From IMG/VR virus record IMGVR_UViG_3300027733_000049, positions 10,239 to 74,238 of that record: a stretch of DNA of 64,000 nucleotides; one strand, 5' to 3'. This DNA comes from a virus. Below the pieces are notes generated by a model. That model made no database searches. It saw only the letters and a program-made list of their open reading frames with translations, and was not told the DNA's origin. Below are positions 56,934 to 64,000 of the stretch, piece after piece. Positions within the stretch are counted from its first letter, which is position 1; each line of letters starts with the position of its first letter. The position numbers and the translations under genes are program-made.

Positions 56934-57361
56934 TGGGTAATCGGTTTGCTTCTGGCAAGAACAGTATCGCTATATGCGATCGCTGTGGCTTTCAATTTAA
57001 ATTGAAAGAATTGCGTATGGAGATTATTAAAACCAAAACCTTCAATTTACTTGTTTGTAAAGAATGTTGGGACCCTGATCAACCTCAGTTGCAGTTGGGT
57101 ATGTATCCGGTTGATGACCCTCAAGCTGTACGTAACCCACGTAGAGATACGACTTACTATACGGCTGGTACGAACGGGCTGCAGACAGTTAATTCAACTA
57201 GTACTGCTCCCGATGCGGCAGGGTTTGTAACGGGTGGTTCACGGGACATTCAATGGGGCTGGGCACCAGTAGGTGGAGCAAGCACTTTTGATGCAGTTTT
57301 AACACCAAACTACTTGGTGGCAACAGCATATGTTGGTACAGTTACGGTAACAGTTAATTAG
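56933..57361 (+). CDS. zinc-ribbon protein
   Basis: CDRCG...VCKECWDPDQPQ. Confidence 0.7.
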   Translation: MGNRFASGKNSIAICDRCGFQFKLKELRMEIIKTKTFNLLVCKECWDPDQPQLQLGMYPVDDPQAVRNPRRDTTYYTAGTNGLQTVNSTSTAPDAAGFVTGGSRDIQWGWAPVGGASTFDAVLTPNYLVATAYVGTVTVTVN

Positions 57362-57370
57362 GAGCTTAAA

Positions 57371-57556
57371 ATGGCATACACAAAATCTGCTGATGGCGTT
57401 GCAAAAAAGGGTAGAACAGATGTTCAAATTTTCCCTAATAGTGGCCCAACTGCATCTAACCCCAAGGGCGGCAAAAAATCTGCGGGTGTAACAAGTGAAG
57501 CGATGATGAAAGTCGGTCGCAATTTGGCCCGTGTAGCAAACCAAAAGCGAGGCTAA
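57371..57556 (+). CDS. small basic protein with tag-like motif
   Basis: AGGAG RBS; ADGVAKKGRT; GRNLARV.NQ. Confidence 0.65.
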   Translation: MAYTKSADGVAKKGRTDVQIFPNSGPTASNPKGGKKSAGVTSEAMMKVGRNLARVANQKRG

Positions 57557-57558
57557 TC

Positions 57559-57819
57559 ATGGCTAAATTTAGTAAAAAAGTGATGGGTAAGGAAGTTGGT
57601 GATGCCGCTACTTATGCCAAACCTCATACCATGACTGGTAAAAAGGTACAGGTATCAGCTAACCCCGGTAAGCCTTCAGACATTAGTAGCACCACAACCA
57701 TGAAAATGAGTGTTGGTAACTACAACAATGGTGAAAGCACAACCAAAACATCTGGTATTAAAATGCGTGGTACGGGCGCAGCTACTAAAGGCGTGATGTC
57801 ACGCGGACCAATGGCATGA
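57559..57819 (+). CDS. small basic protein
   Basis: C-terminal RGTGAATKG...RGPMA. Confidence 0.65.
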   Translation: MAKFSKKVMGKEVGDAATYAKPHTMTGKKVQVSANPGKPSDISSTTTMKMSVGNYNNGESTTKTSGIKMRGTGAATKGVMSRGPMA

Positions 57820-58490
57820 ATTACACCGAGTTAAAAGCTGCTATACAAGCCTACACAGAGAACACGGAGACAAGCTTCGTGGCGGAGATCCCTGTCTTTG
57901 TGACTCAGGCAGAGCAGCGCATATATAACTCGGTTCAGTTCCCTTCAATCCGTAAAAACGTCACCAGTACGATTGCGGTGAACACAAAGTATTTAGACTG
58001 TCCCCTTGATTTCTTGGCTGTGTACTCTATGGCGGTCATTGACGGTAGCGGTAACTACGAATACTTGCTTAACAAAGACGTTAACTTTATTCGTCAAGCG
58101 TACCCCAACCCAACAACAGATACAGGCACACCTAAGTACTATGCGTTGTTTGGCCCGACAGTATTGAGTTCTACAATTTATGACGAGCTTTCATTTCTAA
58201 TTGGCCCAACAGCCGATGCAAGTTATGGCGTTGAGCTGCACTATTACTACTATCCTGAGTCCATTACGGTTGCAGCAGATGGCCAAACATGGCTAGGTGA
58301 TAACTTTGATTCTGTACTTTTGTACGGCTCTTTGGTTGAGGCTTACACCTACATGAAAGGTGAAGCTGACATTATGGCGTTCTACAACACTAAATACCAA
58401 GAAGCACTAATGCTTGCAAAACGTTTGGGTGATGGTATGGAGCGTCAAGACGCTTATCGTTCTGGTCAGTTCCGTCAGAAGGTAACTTGA
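57816..58490 (+). CDS. second adaptor/tail tubular-like protein
   Basis: MNYTEL...AEQRI; GTPKYYA; GPTAD..Y.VELHY; LLYGSL.EA. Confidence 0.6.
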   Translation: MNYTELKAAIQAYTENTETSFVAEIPVFVTQAEQRIYNSVQFPSIRKNVTSTIAVNTKYLDCPLDFLAVYSMAVIDGSGNYEYLLNKDVNFIRQAYPNPTTDTGTPKYYALFGPTVLSSTIYDELSFLIGPTADASYGVELHYYYYPESITVAADGQTWLGDNFDSVLLYGSLVEAYTYMKGEADIMAFYNTKYQEALMLAKRLGDGMERQDAYRSGQFRQKVT

Positions 58491-58491
58491 T

Positions 58492-58911
58492 ATGTCAATT
58501 GTTCAGACTCAGACCACCAGCTTTAAAGCGCAGTTGTATCAAGGTATTCATGACCTAACGACCGATGTTATCAAAATTGCTTTGTACACAGCCAATGCTA
58601 ATCTGAATGAAGACACAACCGTGTATAGCACAGATAGTGAAGTAGCGGCTACAGGTACATATTCGGCTGGTGGCTCGCAATTGACACCAATCACGGTCAG
58701 CACTTCTGGTTATACGGCGTACGTAAGTTTTCCTAATGTATCTTGGACAGGTGCAATTACCGCAAGATGCGCGTTGATTTACAACGTTACGCAAGGTAAT
58801 AAGTCTGTTGCTGTATTGGACTTCGGTTCAGACAAGACTTCTACAACCACATTCACAGTTACCATGCCGACCAATGGCGCAACCACTTCATTGATTAGGA
58901 GTTCAAATTGA
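58492..58911 (+). CDS. tail protein (paralog A)
   Basis: SFK..L..G.HD...KIALYT; LIYN.T...K.VAVLDFG.DKT. Confidence 0.65.
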   Translation: MSIVQTQTTSFKAQLYQGIHDLTTDVIKIALYTANANLNEDTTVYSTDSEVAATGTYSAGGSQLTPITVSTSGYTAYVSFPNVSWTGAITARCALIYNVTQGNKSVAVLDFGSDKTSTTTFTVTMPTNGATTSLIRSSN

Positions 58912-59099
58912 TTGTTACTACTACCAAAGGTGATATGGATGAATCTCTGCTTGAGAAAAGAGAGGGAGTCGTCGATAATGAGAACGAATACACCACTTGG
59001 GTGGAGTATTGGTTAGAGGGTGAATTGGTGCATCGTTCAGCCCATGTAGCCCTGAAGAAAATGCCCCCAATTGTTGCTGAAGCAGCATCTCTTACATAA
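58908..59099 (+). CDS. hypothetical protein
   Basis: TTKGDMD..LLEK...WVEYW..GELVHRS. Confidence 0.6.
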   Translation: MIVTTTKGDMDESLLEKREGVVDNENEYTTWVEYWLEGELVHRSAHVALKKMPPIVAEAASLT

Positions 59100-59108
59100 G
59101 GAAACATC

Positions 59109-59585
59109 ATGGCTAATACCCAAGCAATGTGCACTTCGTTCTTAGGCGAAGTTCTTACTGCAACCCATAATTTTGGTGTAGCGCCTATCCGTGCTGCTAC
59201 CACTGCTGATACGTTCAAAGCAGCTTTGTATTTGACAAGCGCAACGGTTAATGCGTCAACAACTGTGTACTCATCTTCCGGCGAAGTAACTGGTACAGGG
59301 TATTCGGCTGGTGGTGTAACAGTAACAAATGCAACTGCGCCTTTGGCTTCTAATACATCGACAACCGCCGGTACAGCTTACTGGACGCCTTCAGCTTCAA
59401 TCACGTACACAACTGTGACTTTGACGACTGCGTTTGATACAGTGTTTATTTATAACTCTACTCAGAGCAATAAGGCTGTCAGCGTACACACCTTCGGTTC
59501 ACAGACAATTACCGCCGGTACATTTACATTGACTATGCCTGCTAATACCACTGCTGCTGCGTTGTTGCGTATCGCTACAACCTGA
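59109..59585 (+). CDS. tail protein (paralog B of 58492)
   Basis: Same KAALY / EV.GTGYSAGG / IYNSTQ..KAV pattern. Confidence 0.65.
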   Translation: MANTQAMCTSFLGEVLTATHNFGVAPIRAATTADTFKAALYLTSATVNASTTVYSSSGEVTGTGYSAGGVTVTNATAPLASNTSTTAGTAYWTPSASITYTTVTLTTAFDTVFIYNSTQSNKAVSVHTFGSQTITAGTFTLTMPANTTAAALLRIATT

Positions 59586-59594
59586 AAGTAGGGT

Positions 59595-60434
59595 ATGGCT
59601 CTTGGGTGGGGCGATAATGCGTGGGGTGAATACGGTTGGGGTGGCGCATTTGCTCTTACGGGCAACCAAGCTAATTCGACCGTTGGCACGGCCTCGCCTG
59701 TCGTTTCTGTAGCAGTTACAGGTGTAGGTGCTTCGGGAGCTGTTGGTACAGTTGTTCAGAGTCAGTCAGCTGATGAGATTGGTGATTTAGCAACTGCGTC
59801 GGTTGGTACAGTTGGGGCTTCTGTTACGGTTGCTTTGACTGGTGTTGGCGCAGTAGGTTTGATGGGTACGCCTTGGGGCTACGGCACTTGGGGTAGTGAA
59901 GCTTGGGGCGGTGCTGGTTTAGGTATTGGATATGGGTTTGCGGTTACTGGCGTAGGCGCTACAGGCGCGGTTGGTGATGTTTCAGTTGCAGGACGTTTAA
60001 TTGCGTTAACAGGAGTTGGGGCTTCTGGCGCAGTTGGATCTGTAGTAAATGACAGTAGTAAAGCACTGACAGGCACTGCGGCGACGGGTGATGTAGGTAC
60101 AGTTGTAGCTACAAGTACGCTGGGCATTACAGGTAATTCCGCACTGGGTGAAGTTACTGGGCCAATTGTGCCACTTAACTCCAACCAAGCGCTGGCTTAT
60201 GTTGGTACAGTAACATTTGGTATAACTGTTGAGTTAACTGGGGTAGGTTCAACGGGTAATGTTGGTACTTTGGGCACACCTAGAACACTTGGTTTGACGG
60301 GCAACGGAGCAACGGGTAATGTTGGGAATGTAACGGCTGTTTATTGGAAACTTATTGATGACAAGCAATCAAATACTTGGCAATTAATTGATGACAAACA
60401 GTCAACAGTTTGGCAAAATATAAATACTTCGTAA
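59595..60434 (+). CDS. Gly/Val-rich repeat tail fibre protein
   Basis: WGxxxWG motifs; repeated (L/V)TGVGAxGxVG. Confidence 0.65.
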   Translation: MALGWGDNAWGEYGWGGAFALTGNQANSTVGTASPVVSVAVTGVGASGAVGTVVQSQSADEIGDLATASVGTVGASVTVALTGVGAVGLMGTPWGYGTWGSEAWGGAGLGIGYGFAVTGVGATGAVGDVSVAGRLIALTGVGASGAVGSVVNDSSKALTGTAATGDVGTVVATSTLGITGNSALGEVTGPIVPLNSNQALAYVGTVTFGITVELTGVGSTGNVGTLGTPRTLGLTGNGATGNVGNVTAVYWKLIDDKQSNTWQLIDDKQSTVWQNINTS

Positions 60435-60443
60435 GGAACGAAC

Positions 60444-61082
60444 ATGGCAGCAACGACAACTCTTTTGGGCTTGGTCACCCCCACACAGGGAACGCTCTCT
60501 GGTACGTGGGGCGATACAGTCAACTACGGTATTTCTGACTACCTTGATATTGCCATTGCAGGCACATTATCTTTTGCAGGTGATGGCGCTATTACTCTGG
60601 CAAACACTACGGGTAGCTCGTCAGGAAACGCGATAACTTCCACCACAGCCCAATACGCAGTTATCCGTATCACTGGCACACAAACGGTTACCAAGGTTAT
60701 CACAGGTCCAAGTTACAGCAAGCTGTACATGGTGGATCACGCAGGCGCTACCAGCGCAGTAACATTTAAAGCCGCTGGTCAAACCGGTGTTTCTATTGCT
60801 GTTGGTGAGAAAGCATTTGTCTACTACAACGGCACAGATTATGTAAAAGTAGCCCCGTATTTTGTTAGTGGTGTTTTGCCAATTGCCAACGGCGGTACAA
60901 ATGCTACAGCAGCCCCAACAGCAGGCGCAGTACCTTACGGTACGGGTACAGCATATGCTTTTACAGCAGCAGGTACATCAGGTCAGGCACTTCTATCAAA
61001 CGGTGCTAGCCCACCTACATGGGGAACTGCTGGCGTTTCAACAGGTAAAGCCATCGCTATGGCGATGATCTTCGGGTTCTAA
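60444..61082 (+). CDS. tail fibre/baseplate protein
   Basis: G..SGTWG..N; GVLPIANGGT; GTSGQ.L.SNG; KAIAMAMIFG. Confidence 0.65.
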   Translation: MAATTTLLGLVTPTQGTLSGTWGDTVNYGISDYLDIAIAGTLSFAGDGAITLANTTGSSSGNAITSTTAQYAVIRITGTQTVTKVITGPSYSKLYMVDHAGATSAVTFKAAGQTGVSIAVGEKAFVYYNGTDYVKVAPYFVSGVLPIANGGTNATAAPTAGAVPYGTGTAYAFTAAGTSGQALLSNGASPPTWGTAGVSTGKAIAMAMIFGF

Positions 61083-61092
61083 GGAGTAATAA

Positions 61093-61494
61093 ATGGCAAA
61101 TCCAAATATTGTTAACGTCACGAGTATTTATGGTAATTCGGCGTATGTCATACCCGCTTCTACCTCTGTATCTGTTGCATGGACATACAACGGTTCTACT
61201 TCACTGACAGGATTGACGCCTGCGGCTGGTACAGTTAATCGTGTCACGAGCATTGTGGTGGCTAACGTCACTTCATCTGCTGCAACTTGTACTGTGGCTA
61301 TCTCAAACAATGCTACCTATGCAAGCGGTACACCCTACTACATTGCATATCAAGTGAGCGTCCCCCCAAACGCTTCTGTGGTTGTGGCCGACAAGACTTC
61401 ATCGTTCTATGTGACTGAGAACCAGTCTGTAGGCGTGATCTCCGGTACAAGTAGCGCATTGAACTACACAGCCACATTTGAAGCTATCACTTAA
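61093..61494 (+). CDS. tail structural protein
   Basis: MANPNIVNVTSIYG; SIVVANV; SVPPNAS. Confidence 0.65.
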   Translation: MANPNIVNVTSIYGNSAYVIPASTSVSVAWTYNGSTSLTGLTPAAGTVNRVTSIVVANVTSSAATCTVAISNNATYASGTPYYIAYQVSVPPNASVVVADKTSSFYVTENQSVGVISGTSSALNYTATFEAIT

Positions 61495-61506
61495 TAGGAG
61501 GCTACT

Positions 61507-62403
61507 ATGTCTCTTGATAGAGTTGGCGGCATTCTTTCTGTCGGGCTTGACGGCATCAATTCACCTGTAACAACGGTGGAGTACCTTGTCGTGGCTGGCG
61601 GGGGTGGTGGTGCGGCTACACAGGGTGGGACACCCGGCGGAGGTGGAGGTGCGGGTGGTCTTTTATCCGCTACTGGCTACGCTGTGACTATGGGTTCAGC
61701 CATCACAATTACTATTGGTGCTGGAGGCGCAGGAGCAGTAGCAGGTACAGTAGATGGCACTGGGTTTTCTGGCGTAAATTCAAGTCTTGCTGGTGGCACA
61801 ACTATCACAACAACTGGCGGTGGCGGTGCTGGTGCTTATTCAACAGGCTTATTCAATGGTAAAACGGGCGGTTCTGGCGGCGGCGGTGCTTATGGAGGTA
61901 CTGGTGGAACAGCTACAGCTTCTCCAACACAAGGCAATGCTGGCGGTGGTAGTAGCACAGGAACCGCACAAGGAGGTGGCGGTGGCGGTGGCGCAGGTTC
62001 TGCTGGTATAGCGGGTACTTCACTTGTTGCTGGGATTGGTGGCGCAGGTTTGGTATCTTCAATTTCTGGAACATCTGTAACCTATGCTGGTGGCGGGGGT
62101 GGAGGTTCATATTTATACATTGGTGGACTTGGCGGAGGTGGTGGTGCTGGTAATAGCAATGAATTGATTGGTTCTGGCTTTTCTGCAATTGCTAATACAG
62201 GCTCTGGCGGTGGTGCGGCTAACTTTACTTATGGTTCAAGTGGTAATGTTTACACTGGTGGTGCTGGCGGTTCAGGCATAGTCATCATTCGTTACCCATC
62301 TTATTTAGCCCCAGCCACGTCAACAACAGGCTCTCCTGAAATGTACGTTGCAGGCGCGTGGCGCGTGTACAAGTTTGTTGCCTCTGGCACTATCACATTC
62401 TGA
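61507..62403 (+). CDS. glycine-rich tail fibre/receptor-binding protein 1
   Basis: VEYLVVAGGGGG...GGSGIVIIRYP...FVASGTITF. Confidence 0.75.
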   Translation: MSLDRVGGILSVGLDGINSPVTTVEYLVVAGGGGGAATQGGTPGGGGGAGGLLSATGYAVTMGSAITITIGAGGAGAVAGTVDGTGFSGVNSSLAGGTTITTTGGGGAGAYSTGLFNGKTGGSGGGGAYGGTGGTATASPTQGNAGGGSSTGTAQGGGGGGGAGSAGIAGTSLVAGIGGAGLVSSISGTSVTYAGGGGGGSYLYIGGLGGGGGAGNSNELIGSGFSAIANTGSGGGAANFTYGSSGNVYTGGAGGSGIVIIRYPSYLAPATSTTGSPEMYVAGAWRVYKFVASGTITF

Positions 62404-62409
62404 GGTTTT

Positions 62410-63225
62410 ATGGCAAACGGTTTATTTAATCTCAAGCAAGTCGTACAAGCTGTTCAACAAGGTGGTTGGCCTGCACAAAGAACACCGTCAGTTGAATATT
62501 TGGTTATTGCTGGTGGTGGTGGAACTGGGTATAACTGGGGTTCAGCAGGGGGCGCTGGAGGTTTGTTGCAGGGTTTAAACCCTGTACCAAATGGGCAAAC
62601 ATTACTAATTACTATTGGTGCTGGAGGTCAATACTATTCCAACGGCGGTAATTCTGTGTTTGGTTCAATAACTGCCGCTGGAGGTGGTTCTGGTGGCGGT
62701 GGAACTACAGCCCCAGCAAATGGCGGATCAGGCGGTGGCGCATCTCAGGGCGGTGGCGGGAACGGCAATACAATAGGCTACGGAACACTAGGTCAAGGCA
62801 ATGATGGGGGTAAGGGGTGGACTGGGGGTGGCGGTGCAACAAATAATGCTACAGGCGGTGGTGGTGGCGCAGGTACTCGTGGTACTGACGTTTCCGTTGG
62901 CGGTTATGGGTCGCTTGGTGGTTCAGGGGTGGCTTCTGCTATTACAGGTACTTTAACTGCTTATGCTGGCGGTGGTAATGGCGCTGGCAATAACGGCGGT
63001 AATTCAGACACAACTGCGGCAAGAACTGCTTCTGGTTCAGCAGGCGCGGCAAATAAAGGCTCTGGTGCTGGAGCAGGTGACTACATTGCTGGCGGCTCTG
63101 GCATTGTCGTCATTCGTTATCCAAACACATACGCCGATGCCGCAAGTGTGACCACTGGCACTAAATCATCTATTACGGGCTGGACTGTTTACACGTTCCT
63201 TGCCTCTGGAACAATCACCTTCTAA
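62410..63225 (+). CDS. glycine-rich tail fibre/receptor-binding protein 2
   Basis: Paralog: VEYLVIAGGG...GGSGIVVIRYP...FLASGTITF. Confidence 0.75.
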   Translation: MANGLFNLKQVVQAVQQGGWPAQRTPSVEYLVIAGGGGTGYNWGSAGGAGGLLQGLNPVPNGQTLLITIGAGGQYYSNGGNSVFGSITAAGGGSGGGGTTAPANGGSGGGASQGGGGNGNTIGYGTLGQGNDGGKGWTGGGGATNNATGGGGGAGTRGTDVSVGGYGSLGGSGVASAITGTLTAYAGGGNGAGNNGGNSDTTAARTASGSAGAANKGSGAGAGDYIAGGSGIVVIRYPNTYADAASVTTGTKSSITGWTVYTFLASGTITF

Positions 63226-63234
63226 GGAACAGAC

Positions 63235-64000
63235 ATGAGTAATAGATTAGGTGGTTTTATTGCAGGGCAGAACATTAACATCGCCATTGGCACGTTCACG
63301 GCTGTAACTTCACCAACATTCACTTTTGCTTCTACGCAGGCAACACCTGCTGTGGGTCAGGCTGTGCAGTTCACAACTACTGGCACTTTACCAACTGGTT
63401 TGTCATTGAACACAAATTACTACGTCATCAGCACAAGTACAAACACTTGCCAATTCTCCACAACGCTTGGCGGCTCTGCTGTCACGTTCACAAACAGTTC
63501 AGGCTCTGGCACTCACACTGCCGTAACCCAACGTGCATTCAATCCTTATGCTGGTGCTCCTAATACTGTTGAGTATTTGGTAGTAGCTGGTGGCGGCGGC
63601 GGAGGTGGCAATGCCGCAGGAGGTGGAGGTGGGGGTGGTCTTTTGACTGCGGTTGGTTTTGCTGTTGCTAGTGGTACTGCTTTAACTGTCACTGTTGGTG
63701 CGGGTGGGGCTAGTGGTAGTAGTGTGGTTGGGTCATCTGGAGCTAACTCTGTATTTAGTAGCATCACATCCACTGGTGGTGGCGGCGGTGGAAGCTTTAA
63801 TGGCGTTTCTGGTACTGCTGGCGGGTCTGGTGGTGGCGGCGCTTCTGATGGCGGTAACGCTGGTGCGGGAACATCAGGGCAAGGTTTTGCTGGTGGTCAA
63901 GGCGGGTCGCTGGGAACTGTCAATGTTGGCGGCGGCGGCGGAGGCGCAGGTTCTGTTGGAACTGTCGGAAAAGGCAGTGGTGGCCCACCGGGAAATGGCG
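63235..64000 (+). CDS. glycine-rich tail fibre protein 3, 3' truncated, not in the ORF track
   Basis: ATG at 63235 after AAGGAA; open to the window end; VEYLVVAGGGGG domain. Confidence 0.75.
   Translation, partial: MSNRLGGFIAGQNINIAIGTFTAVTSPTFTFASTQATPAVGQAVQFTTTGTLPTGLSLNTNYYVISTSTNTCQFSTTLGGSAVTFTNSSGSGTHTAVTQRAFNPYAGAPNTVEYLVVAGGGGGGGNAAGGGGGGGLLTAVGFAVASGTALTVTVGAGGASGSSVVGSSGANSVFSSITSTGGGGGGSFNGVSGTAGGSGGGGASDGGNAGAGTSGQGFAGGQGGSLGTVNVGGGGGGAGSVGTVGKGSGGPPGNG

Noticed and set aside
61507-64000. Diversity-generating retroelement TR/VR pairs among fibre paralogs
   Set aside because: No reverse transcriptase in the window, and differences are not adenine-specific
1-64000. Numerous opposite-strand or nested ORFs in the track; tRNA, rRNA and integrase genes
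   Set aside because: Shadow ORFs lack RBSs and motifs and overlap better-supported genes; no tRNA cloverleaf, rRNA or recombinase motifs were seen by eye (tRNAscan/HMM not run)

Overview
The window looks like almost the whole genome of a tailed dsDNA phage, cut inside the tail-fibre cluster so that it starts and ends in tail genes. It is podovirus-like, with ejected internal proteins; a proteobacterial host is likely but is inference only. The + strand late arm (43230-64000, continuing 1-18995) carries terS, terL, portal, GroES, scaffold, capsid, small basic head-associated proteins, tail and fibre proteins, a glycosyltransferase, holin/lysozyme and three ejection proteins, including a 2161-aa polyvalent protein. 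The - strand early/replication arm (42776 down to 19095) carries a MoxR-AAA/vWA-peptidase module, GT60 glycosyltransferase, FkbM methyltransferase, VRR-NUC, PolA (Leu762 type), PD-(D/E)XK nuclease, SNF2 helicase, SSB and AEP primase-DUF927 helicase. I saw no integrase, tRNA, CRISPR array or reverse transcriptase. Most notable observations: (1) 16 copies of the 17-bp palindrome TTTCGTAC-N-GTACGAAA confined to the early arm; (2) shared peptide motifs in virion cargo proteins ([MFYLC]-x-x-G-G, and a C-terminal A-D-G-x-A-T-K-G-K-T-[KR]-G tag); (3) a probably non-splicing Hint domain next to an acidic Thr/Glu repeat in an ejection protein; (4) an FtsK-gamma-like domain in the giant virion protein; (5) several candidate structured RNAs, including a double pseudoknot after the capsid gene and a ~750-nt boxA-containing early leader; (6) an IHF/iteron-rich origin candidate. 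All family names come from motif recognition by eye; no database search was run.
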